64,000 bases of DNA, from positions 6,076,001 to 6,140,000 of the forward strand of contig CM102285.1 of assembly GCA_046563655.1 (NCBI GenBank). The letters are read 5' to 3'. The translations under genes and the position numbers were made by a program. The notes under the pieces are model-generated. The model was not told the origin of the DNA. It searched no databases and saw only the letters and a list, made by a program, of their open reading frames with translations. Of the stretch, positions 19,955 through 31,093 are shown in pieces. Numbering within the stretch: position 1 is the first letter of the stretch; every line of letters starts with the position of its first letter. Source of the DNA: Yuukianura sp. NJ FZ-2021. Its lineage: Eukaryota.

Positions 19955-20358
19955 GTTCCTCTGACGTGTCTCCTCATTTTCGTCACACCTTTCTCTATTG
20001 GAATCGGACCAATATGTACATGAGAATTCGTCATTAGGTTACAGTTAGGTTGAGTGAAAGTGATCACTTAACACCACTTTTATGACAATCGATCTAAGAA
20101 AATCCAAATGGAAAATTATAACGTCATATAACATCATCATCATATAACAACTTATAACACCAACGTCATAAGGTGTTGTCCTTTGTCATCATAACGCTTG
20201 GATTCACAGGACTGATGGAAGGAATAGGACGGGCTGGTGGCTACTGGATATTTGGTGGAGCATCTTTCCTCGGTTTGATCTTCATATGCTTTTGTGTACC
20301 TGAAACGAAGGGAAAGTCACAGAAGAAATTAAATCACTTTTCAATTCTGAAAATTAGA
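19955..20358 (+). pseudogene. Remnant of an MFS sugar porter (Tret1/GLUT-like), C-terminal helices only
   Basis: 19955-20014 encodes VPLTCLLIFVTPFSIGIGPI (TM10-like). 20173-20319 encodes ..GYWIFGGASFLGLIFICFCVPETKGKS. The expected continuation EEIKSLF lies in another frame (frameshift ~20320). No N-terminal exons are visible. Confidence 0.7.
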
Positions 20359-22698
20359 AAAAAAATTCAAAGAGAAATACTACCTTTTATAGTTAATATT
20401 TACTCACTTGTTTGAATTTTACTTTAAGTTTTTTAAATTTCCAAATCCGTTTTCAAAGAAAATGAAGAAAATGGAAAAGCAATAGTAAATTTTACGCTCA
20501 CGAACTATATAACTTCTGTTTTTGATGCAAATCAATGAGTTGGTTAGGTTAGGTTAGGTCTTCGTGATACCAATTGATTCAATACAAACTCAAAATAGCA
20601 CTATTTGTACGCAGTGAAAAATTATGTAATGCTGAGTGGATAGAGTGGAGAACAGTGAGTGCCGGTCGCAAGTTGCGACGCGCAACAAATTCACAGTGTG
20701 ATTTTGTGGTGACTGCTGTAGAGTGCATTGCCAAAAGTGAAGTCTCGATTTTCTGCAAGAGCTATTCGGCGATTATGCGGAACACGAAGGTTTCCAAAAA
20801 TCTCCCCCCACCCCCCACTCTCTGGTTGGGGAGCTAAAGGCGGGAAACAGTTGAATTTGAAAAGTTTTTAAATAAAATTAATACCTAATCAATCAAGAAT
20901 AGAGGAATTGACATTTCAATTTGAATTGGTACTTCCTCTCTAACCCCACTAAAGACGCTTCCAAGAAAAATCAATTGCCGTTTTTCTTTCAATTTCGCAA
21001 TCACTTTTCATTCAAATGGAATAGTTAAATGGAAGTCAAATTAGTTTTAACTTGAGCAAAATTACACTAACTTGAAATTTTTAATTGCTGTCTATTTTTG
21101 TTTTCAAAATTTCAAAATAATCCCGTTCTTTGACATTTAACATTTTTGGTTATGCTTTTTACTTAATTTGTTTAATTGCTTCAGTTTAAGAAATGCAAGC
21201 AAAACCCCAGATTGAATTTTCTATTCCTGATTAGTATTCAAATTTAAAATTTAAGAATAATAATTGTAGTTTGTACTATAATTTTTGCAGTTTGACTTTG
21301 GCCAGCATGATCCAGTACTTCCACGAGTCTCCAGCACACACCAGTATCTACTGCAACAACGACCAGTACATTCCTCTCCCTTACGCGCGCAGTTCTTCAA
21401 TTCCAACACAATTTCATAAAATTACATCAAATTTTCAATTTTTGCAACTTACTTGTTTCTAAACTTGCGTTGTTTCTTACAAAAAGTTATACATTAACTT
21501 TACTGCCTTTCCGCAAAACGTCAATTTCGTTACTTGACGAATCACGCTCAGCAACAGCAAAACTTTTGACGCATTCGCAGCAAAGGACGAGCAGCAAAAG
21601 TCCAGCAAAAACCAAACTTTAGGTCACAACCTGGAAAAAACCTGACAAAGCAGACAAAGTGGAATTTTCAAATATTTTCAGCACAAGCTGATTTTTTCTA
21701 TGTAGAATAAGAAAAAATAACTTTTAATATTTGAACTAGTTTGAGTCAATTGTTCCAAAACTGTCTAAAAACCAACAACCTTTTGTAACTGGGGCGAAGT
21801 TCGTAAAAGGTAAGAAAGAAAAGAAAGCAATTCTACTTGTCTAAAACAAATTTTTCCGATTATAGTTTTGCTTTAATTTTTCCAGAAATGGAGCAACAGT
21901 TAAGCAACCTTCTAGTTCAACGTAATTCAAATTTAGAATAACTTTTTTTCAAAATCCAAAAAACGTCGGTATTTTTATGAATTTGGAAATGAATTGTTTT
22001 GTTAATACAATTCAATTTTAATTAACTAATTCGTCATTGGCGCATGCAAGGATTCTCCGAATATTGGCCACTCTGGTCGTTGATTTCCGAAATTTTAGAA
22101 GTAGATTAACACATTTTTAAAAACCATTTTGAATGTATGAAGCTGGTGGTGAAATTTCTTTTGCGGAAGCGGAAATGGCTTAAAACAAACAAAAAGTGAC
22201 CTTAGTGTAACCAAAAAAAAATTCTACAAGAAAAGGCACAAACATAGGCAGAAATTCATGTAACATTTTAGTACATTTTACATTGTGCAGTTACAACAGC
22301 AACACAAACACCCACACCATGAACCGCACCATAGTTTTGGTAAGAACAAAACTATTCTCAGGTTATTGACCTTGACCTTGAATTGAATATAAAAATTTAG
22401 TAAAGTCAACGTAGTAAACAAAGTTTAAAAACAAGAATAATTGCACTTTTTATGCAAAGAATTTTTGAGTGTGGGAAGTTATGAAATCATAATGTTTTTT
22501 TTAGGAAAATGTGGTATTTGAAATTTTCGCGGCGGTTTTTTGGTCGAGTAAATTATGCATGCAAATTCAGTCGGGCAAATTTTATTTATTTGCAAAGTTA
22601 TTAGATAAAAGAAATTTCTAAAAGAGTGAAGATATTATATTAAAACCATAAATAAATTTTAAAGAAGCGTTTGCGCTTAAGTAATAACTTTATTTTTT

Positions 22699-24589
22699 CT
22701 AGAATTTGGTAATCTCCGTGGCATTATAAACGGAGGCGTTGTTACCGCTTATCACTGTGCTTCCAACTTGCCTTGAATAGAGTTTCTTTCGTACATTAGC
22801 ATTGATACTACGGAAACGCAAACACATGAGTTCCTTGAACACGTAGTAAAAGTCTTTATTGAACATTGTGTAGATGAAGGGGTTGACTGAACTGTGGAAG
22901 TATCCCAGCCAATAGAATGTCTCTAACATCCAGGGAGGCATTATTATCACTTCGCCTATAACAGAAACTATACAGTTTTCAAAAATAAATTTACTAAATG
23001 AAATCACATCTTTCGCCAATAAAATAGTAAGAACTTGTAGTGTAAATCACCCGATAGTCTTGAGATGGCGTCTACACCTAGTAGTACGTGCAGAGGTAAC
23101 CAACAAAACACAAATGCTGCAAAAACCATGCTTGTAACAATACATCCTTTCCTTTCCAGAATTGCTACATGTACAACAAAATCATAAATCAATGAAAATA
23201 TAATATTAATTCATAAAACTTTTAGTAAGTTACAAGCCCGCCTCGAATGTTTATTGCTATAGCCAATGCTCAAAACTTCTGTTTTCGAACTATTGGCTTC
23301 AAAATTTATTTGAAATCCGGAAAAGTAATTTTTTAAAAATTACGTTTTCGAAATGGCCTTTCTTGCTATTTTTTGTAGGACTTCAATGACAATATTGTTT
23401 TTACAAAATTTTTCGTTCATATGCATTTGTAGATATGCATGTTTGTTACTATTACAATTATAATAACAAACATAAAGCAAACACCAATATACGACACACT
23501 TTAGCGTACGATATCTGTGATATCGTACGTTAAAGTGTGCTCTACTATATTCTGGGTATAATATGCATCTGTGTTATACTATTGCATCCATATAATACTT
23601 GTACACTATGTGTACGCGCTAATAAATAAAATAAGTTCTCAAGCGCAGTACTTACATTTCCTTATGTATGTACAAGATGATGTATTGGACGTACCAGCGG
23701 CAATATTCGAAGTAGTAGGTTCCGTTGTATCAGCGTTTTTAGAGGAGTTAATTGGTCCTGCTCTCATTTGTGCGTTTACTTGTGAAAGAATTTTCCAAAT
23801 TTTGTAATAAGCAACACACATGAAACACAGTGGAATATAAAAATTGATGAGGATAATGCACAGTTGATGGCTAAGACAAACCAAAAACCATGAATTAAGA
23901 AAATGTGCATTAGATAGAATGATAAAATGATTTTTTTTAATATATCTTACGTTGCAGCTGTGGGACGAACGCATGGCTGCAGTTCAATATCACCATAAAA
24001 ATGGTCTTTCAAGTCTCCGTAAAAAGTGTAGCTAAAGTAGAAGAATAAGACGCTTCTTACAGTTGCCGAAATCCAACTAATTGCAATTGCGGCAAGCACT
24101 TTCCTTTTCGTGTAATGCACTTTATAGAAAAGTGGATGAACAAGTGCAATGTACCGGTCCAGAGAAATGGCAATCAGTCCCATAAGCGAGGCTGTAGCGC
24201 AAAACACAAATCCTGCAACATCAGGAGATTTTTGATTTTTGATAGCATTATTTCGAAAATTCTTATGAAATTAACTATTTGAAGAAAAAGAAATGATTTT
24301 TTTTTGTACGTAAGTTACCAGAAACCCATAGATTGCATGCATATCCTCCCTCAGGCCAAACCTCTCCAACTTCACTCAAATAAATTTTGATAGGTAGAAT
24401 GAAAATTGCGAGTAGTAGATCAGCCACTGCTAATGAAAGGAGTAAATAATTTCTGTGCAGTCGAAGTACTTTTGCAGTTGAAATCGAAACTATCACCAGA
24501 GTGTTTCCAAAAAATATTAAGAAAACTAATGTAACTTCACTGATTAGCCTTAGCCAGTCTAATGCCGTTCTATCCGTTTCTGTAACCAT
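22699..24589 (-). CDS. Class A (rhodopsin-like) GPCR, aminergic-receptor-like, 5 exons
   Basis: Phase-compatible exons 24589-24319, 24212-23951, 23870-23656, 23164-23051, 22955-22699. Motifs GNTLV, SLAVADLL, SLDRY, FYIP, CWLP, NPFIY. Confidence 0.88.
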
Positions 24590-25685
24590 GATCCTTGCGC
24601 CTCAGTTTCTTATGCCAATAATTCACAAAATCCATATTGCTCTGGAACCTCAACGTTTGTGACAAATAATAGCTTATCATCTTGTGTCGGAAATTTCTTT
24701 TAAAAAAGTTCACATCAATATCAGTTTACTTGGGAGGTGGCTATTTGATAATTGATAATTCATATCAGTAATGTGTACCGGAACATCCTTTTTTTTGTGA
24801 AACTAGGAAAAACTGACTCTAATTCATATTTGTTCAAAAAATGATGAGAATCATACATGGATTAAAGAAAAATGAAGGTTCCAAGCCATTGTGTCAATTG
24901 GAATTGTTTTAAGTGCAGCAGAAGCATTGTCCAATTTCCGAAAAAAAGAATGCGCTGGTTAGTATAAATTGCTCACTGGATACATGCAGTACTTCCTAGC
25001 GCTGTTGAAAAGCTTGTTTAGTAGTGACCCTGTTTGTTTAGTAGTTTGTTTATGAAATACAACGGGATTAGTAATTCGCTTACTATAAATTGAACATATG
25101 CCCAACACATCTCATTGTATGTTGACATGATTGTGTTGTCAATTGGCATTCTGACGTGTTTGTCCTTCCCTAACGGTGCATGTGTATTACTTTTTTTCCC
25201 CATGACTTCCAATCAGAGTAATTTGCTAATTGCAAATAGCTGTAAGAACGTTGTAACAGAAGTTTCTGCAACGGAATTTTTAATAGATATAAAAGTATGA
25301 GTAAATGCTAAATTTGAAAGACATACGTTTGTCGGAGGATTGTTTGTTTAGAACAAAAAAATTGGGAAAATAAGTTTGTGACGCTGTCGTTTATTTTATA
25401 CTTTCGTGAGGCATATGGCACAATACTAATCACAATAATAATTTCATATCCGACTCAACAAGGAATGTTATGTTTTTGAAACTTTACCGATGTGTGATGT
25501 AACTGACAGGATGAAGTTTACATAAAGCATTGTTCAAATCTCCAAAGTTAAGGACCCAAAATTTACAAATTTGGAGTTAAAAGTTATTATATTCGGATTA
25601 GAGGTTTCAATTCAAGTTTTTCGACCTACAATTAAAGATTTAACAGTTTCAATTGAATTTGTTTCGTTTAAAATTGGGGAATAAC

Positions 25686-25916
25686 TCAACGTTTCCCAAA
25701 TGACACTTCTCTGACGACCACAGGCTGAAAGAGCTGATGTGGATTCCGATACACGTACCCACCCGCAGTTCGGTGATAGTTTCTGCTGTAACCATCAAAC
25801 TGACCGTAGCCTCCATGGTGGGAATTATTCCCTCCTCTGAAAGGTGCGCCGAGCGTACTTCCAGCAGAAACCAAAACTAAAATGGCACAAACTGAAACAA
25901 ATTGACGGAAATTCAT
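25686..25916 (-). CDS. Small secreted peptide precursor (76 aa) ending in F-G-K-R
   Basis: ATG at 25916, hydrophobic signal peptide MNFRQFVSVCAILVLVSAGSTLG, Gly/Tyr/His-rich mature region, terminal GKR immediately before the stop. Confidence 0.65.
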   Translation of the reverse strand: MNFRQFVSVCAILVLVSAGSTLGAPFRGGNNSHHGGYGQFDGYSRNYHRTAGGYVYRNPHQLFQPVVVREVSFGKR

Positions 25917-26741
25917 TTTTCCTTCCAAGATTGCTCACTGTTATTTTAAATTATTACCTTTACTGGTTTTTCAATCTATTAAACGGAATGATTTGATTTC
26001 TCATGTCGAAAAGATTGTCAGATGTTGGTTTGCCACAAGTCAGGTGCAACAAAATTTATGATTTTTACAATAAACGGTAAATTTAGCATAAACTGGGAAT
26101 TCCAATACACAAATGAACACAAGAATTTACAATCCAAACTTTTCGCCGTAATTGCATACGTCATAGATGCTTTTACGTAAAACTCATCATATGCAACATT
26201 ACACAGCAGATTAGAAGATTTCTCCTCTTACATGTTTTAAAATTTTTCTTAAATGCTAATTTACATTCAATTACAGTAGAGTTTCCGACTTATTCCATTT
26301 GCCATTTCATGTTTAATATTGCCAGTTTACCGCCGGTGTACGGGGGCGGGTTTTGTATTTGTCAATAGAAATTGTTTTGTATTTGGCAAATGGAATATAT
26401 TACAGACTCTACTATACTTGTGCGTTGACCTTTTGACCTCTTTTAGAAATAGGATTGCATATGTAAAAATTTTGAAATGAAATCCCGCTGTTATGAGACA
26501 GTACATTTTCATATTCACTAAAGTTCATTCGAGTTCATTCTAAAAATATCTCATTGTTATACTTTTTCTTTACAAACACAACCTATGTACAACTTGTCTT
26601 TTGTTGTAGTAATTAAAAGTTAAGCCTACAAATGATTTACATATATTCCAAGTAGGGTAACTTCTGACTCTATTCTACTCCAGTGGTTTCCGGCTGAGAC
26701 CAACGTTGCTATAGCGACCATTTATACTAAAATGGCGTAAG

Positions 26742-26952
26742 AGGTTATGTCATAACTCCGAATTAAAAAAAAAAACAAGAAAAACAACTTTTGGACCAAT
26801 TTTGGACCAATTTTGTTGATTTTCACAATAATCTTTAAATTTCACGCTGCTGAGTCATAGTTTTGATTTCGAATTGCTAACGCAACGGAGCCGCGTCAGA
26901 AGTGCGGTTCAAAAAAATTGAAAAAGAAAATAACGGAGTTTTGACATAACCT
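26742..26952. mobile_element. Small MITE-like element
   Basis: Terminal inverted repeats AGGTTATGTCATAACTCCG / CGGAGTTTTGACATAACCT (1 mismatch), TAA close to both flanks, internal TTTTGGACCAA tandem duplication. Confidence 0.5.
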
Positions 26953-27500
26953 TCTAAGAAGAAATAAACAAAATTTCGAGTTAAACAAGCTTGGGCTGAG
27001 ACCCTATAAAAAGGGCTCAGTCCGGCCAGCAAGATTCATTCTGTTTTCTGCTCTTGACCTCTGGTCAATAGGACTTAGTGTCCTAACTCCCATGCCTTGT
27101 CACAAACTTTGTCCGTTGAATAAAGTTCATTAACCTTTCATTATTGCAAAACATTGCAAAAGACGTTAGTAGTGGAAGATTTTCTTTTATATATTTCATC
27201 CATTTCACTACACCGCAATAACAACTACCAAAAATGTTATTTCGTAGGTTTTGGGAAGTTTGGGAGTGTTTTCGTTAAAAAAGATTTTTTTACTTCAGCA
27301 ACTATCCTACAAACCAAACAACAGAAAAAATTTTTTTATTATCATGCAGTCATTAATCGAGGTTTTGATTTATTAGCAGCAGAAGAATAGATTAAAATAA
27401 CCTAAAGCAGTGGAACTTGGAAGTTAAATCACACGCTGAATTTGCAATATGTGGTAGTTTTTGAAATTTAGTTTTCATAAACAGGATTCGTCCAGCATAT

Positions 27501-28323
27501 TTATTTCAGCGATGGTCTACTGCCTTCGTTCTCTGAAGTTTGCGGCGTCGGACAGATCTTGTTTCCGGAAAGAAAACCTCCTACTAATTCCGTATTTTGC
27601 TGTATTTTTTCCGAAGAACCAGAAAGCTAAAAAAATTTGAAAAGGTTCATTAACAAAAGGATAAACTAAAATGAAATGAAGTAAAAATTGCAAGTTATAG
27701 AAAATTTAGAAAGTGGTAGGTAAGCACTTTAAACTTTAAAGTAGGTAAGCAACTTACAATATTTTTGATGTAGTGACTAAATCTTGAATCAGCACTTATA
27801 AGTCCCACAACGACATGTGAATTGACTTCTACGACTCTTCCGTCTTCAAGATAGACATTCAACTTCACTCCGTACCTGGTGAGATCCACATCCACTAGAA
27901 GTGGGTATCTATTGGAAACCAAATTCGAATTCCAGAAATTATCCCAAAATGAATCTTCATCAGGCTCTACCGCCTGAAAATGGCGTCTGTCTGATTCACT
28001 TTCCAAAGCCGTAGAGTCAGAATTATCTGACATGTTTTCCAACTCTAACAGCGTTGGACATTCAGCAATTTTCTCATACGCTGCTGATGTTTTGCTTTCA
28101 ATTTGTTTATCGTTGCTAAACTAGAAAAGAAAATCATACACCAAAATACGTTTTATTCCAAAATTTTTGAATCACAATTATTTAACTGAAAGAGTAAGTT
28201 GCTCAACTCTATCAAAAATCTTACGATTGCTTCTAGAGCATCCATGAAAGTTGGATCTGCCATTGCTATACCACGCAAAATCTTAGCGTCTGCCATTTGT
28301 GAGCCCGTTACCGAGTGTTTCAT
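27501..28323 (-). CDS. Hypothetical protein, 3 exons
   Basis: Exons ~28323-28225, ~28120-27758 and 27626-27501 join in frame across GTAAG..AG introns. No recognisable domain. Confidence 0.5.
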
Positions 28324-28755
28324 TACCCCCCGTAACACTTTCTCTGGGGTGGGGAGGAAAAACCTCCAGAGGCGCTAAAATTGCGCGGCAACAAAGACCG
28401 CCAATTTGACAAACAGAAAAACTTAAACACAAAGTTTACAAAAACCAATTCATTTGCCACACTCCTCTAATTATACTGCTGAGTAGTAACCATTCCAGTG
28501 AATATTGGTAATTAGTTTGTCTCCAAGTTAATACTGGTGATTAGTCTGTCATTTAACCTCATACTGGTGATTAGTGAGTCCTTTCAGTTCTTACCAGTCG
28601 GAATTCCTCCTGTCGGTGATCATTTTCAGTTTCTGAAGGTAAGTAAAGTTGCTAATAAACAATTAATGTCTGAGATACGTTTCATTTTGAATGATAAGCT
28701 TTACTTTTAACTGAAATACTACAAATTTAAATACCGTTTTCATTATGAATTCAGG

Positions 28756-29440
28756 GTGGCTGTACAATCTTCAACTGACCAAAAGATTAAGATTGTGGAA
28801 GATACTGACACCGCGATCATGCATCGTTACAACGTTGATCCAGTCGCCGTCAATCGCCCAATGCAATATTCTAAAGACGTCAAGTTCATCAAGTTCAAAT
28901 TTTATTCGACTGGATGTTTATCATCACACACCAAAAAGGAGAAGCGGCCACGGCCAGCAACAAACGAAAACGTGTCAACTGGAGTACTTGCTGCATTTGA
29001 AGTTGACCCGCACGCAACCACTCGAAACGTCGCTGCAGAATCTGGAATTTCGCCTACCTCGGTATTCAGAATTTTAAAGGAAAACAACTACCATCCGTAC
29101 AAGTTACAAAACCACCAGAAACTTCAAGGACCAAAGGATTTTGAAAAAAGGATTGAATTTGCCGAGGAACTGACCCCACGAATGAATGCTACGCCGGACT
29201 TTGCCAAAGAATTGTTTTTAGTGACAAAGCTACTGTACACGTAAATGGGACCATAAATCGGCAAAATTTTCGTTTTTGGAGTAAACAAAATCCACGGTGG
29301 TTGGAAGACATCAGGGACCAAGGAGCTGCAAAAGTCAATGTATGGGTCGGTTTTTTTGGGGACGACGTGATTGGTCCGTTTTTTTTTCCAGCAAACATTA
29401 ACAGCGTATCCTATCGGAATATGCTGGATAAATATGCTCG
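28756..29440 (+). pseudogene. Degraded Tc1/mariner-superfamily transposase (DUF4817-type HTH + N-terminal DDE region)
   Basis: RPRPAT..P..TTR.VA.ESGIS..SV.RILK...HPYKLQ..QKL...D...R.EF, then after a frameshift near 29215 FSD.AT.H.NG.INRQN.RFW...NP and KVNVW.G....VIGPFFF. Truncated downstream. Confidence 0.8.
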
Positions 29441-29707
29441 TTAAAACGTAACAAAACAAAAATGAAAATAAATTTTGGAAAATTTCTGGATTGAGCGGAG
29501 CAGGCGCGGCGCATAATTCTTTGCTTTGAGTGAAAATTAAGAGAAAACAGAGAAAGTAATTACTAGGGGGCTTGAAACACTCGGTAGAAGGTTAACGGCA
29601 ATGCTGCTTGAACTGTTGGAGTGCACTTGAGTTGTAATTATATTCCAATCTACTTGCTGATTAATAATGTTTACTTGAAAATTTTCAAAACTGAAAATGG
29701 AAAATTA

Positions 29708-30079
29708 CTACGCATTGTCGTCCGTATCTGTAACTTCATCATGATCGTGTTCGTCTTCTTCGTCTAAGTCATTTCCGAAGTAACTTTGTTCATCGCTTTC
29801 GGCGTTGTCGTCTTCATTAGTTTTTTCGAAAACGTCGTCTTCTTCGTTATCAAGATTGTATGATCCTTGTTCTTCAGAGTCTTCTTCGTCATCATTCCAC
29901 CAATCATCTTTGAGCTCCCGCCGATTATCGTTTTTCTTAGTGCCGCTTTGGGCAACTGAAATTTCTTCCGAACTTTCGCTGTTGCTGCCGTTTTCGCCGC
30001 TATGATGCTGTTTTTTACGTGGAAGCCCTGAAACAGCAACGACAGCCCCACCCACAACAAAAATCAGGAAGAACTTCAT
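29708..30079 (-). CDS. Secreted Asp/Glu-rich protein (123 aa)
   Basis: ATG at 30079 just after a splice acceptor (ttttgcag). Signal peptide MKFFLIFVVGGAVVAVSG followed by highly acidic low-complexity sequence. Confidence 0.65.
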   Translation of the reverse strand: MKFFLIFVVGGAVVAVSGLPRKKQHHSGENGSNSESSEEISVAQSGTKKNDNRRELKDDWWNDDEEDSEEQGSYNLDNEEDDVFEKTNEDDNAESDEQSYFGNDLDEEDEHDHDEVTDTDDNA

Positions 30080-31093
30080 GCCCCTGCAAAACAAAAGTTA
30101 AAAACACGAAGAAAACTTATACTTTGAAAAAAATAATAATTTTGACGTTTCGGCGTTGCAAAAACTGATTCGATGCGCCTCAAAACCAAATATTTGTAGG
30201 CGTAAATTCAGCTGCATGCCAATGCCACATACACGGTCAGGTTTATTGTAACTTTCGAATCACTTTGATTTAAATAAATTATAAAGTATAAAATAAGTTA
30301 AAAAGTATAAAATACCCAAGTCAAAACAATATTTCACTTTAGCATTTGAAAAGGACTTGGTCGATATGAAGGAGAACTCTGGTGTCCTTGCCGTGGTATT
30401 GTGGTGACAGATTAGGATTTCATGGCTATGTCATAAGCAAAACGGAAGTTTTTCAATGCTCTTCCGTATGTACGTCTACTTTCATAAAAAAAATACTTTG
30501 GAAGTAGTCATTAAACTAAATGACTGTTTTTTAAACCTACTTTTAAATACAATATTCACTGTTTTATTTCCAAAAATCAAATTCACAATCCTTTTGTGAA
30601 TCGACATCACAGGCAAAACATACGTTAGAAGTTCAGCTGAAGGTCGATCTTTTGCTCAGCCTAATTTTCTGTTTCTTAACAATCAAAACCATTTTAAGTA
30701 ATTTCAGACAAACGGCTAGAAGCAGATTTCAATCTCTTTTTGACAAAAATTTCAAACGATAAGTCACATAGTAGTGTCAGCTAAAACACAAAATAATCAA
30801 TTTTAGGAAATTTTAATTAATATTTAATTCCAGAGCAGTGGTAAAAATTAATAGAAAAAGCAAACAAAGAAAATGAAAAAGCATGAAAATGAATAGCAGT
30901 TTTCATGCAACATGCAACCTTTTTACTTGATTATGTGCAAACAAAAGTGAGACAAATATTAATATCTGCAGGACATAGATATGTATGCATATGTATGCCG
31001 TATGAGAAACTAGACATCTTTACAAGCTAAAGTTGAATTCACCTCTGCAAAATCTTCAAATCGGTCTTGTCTCCGAGACATTAGTCTTTTAAA

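Noticed and set aside
21300..21370. Loose CCAG(C/T)A repeats and ORF 21271-21462
   Set aside because: Too short and irregular to support a repeat family or gene.
22699..24589. GPCR as a fragmented pseudogene, or as a named octopamine/dopamine/serotonin receptor
   Set aside because: The fragments join in frame through canonical introns, and the missing Asp3.32 precludes a confident name.
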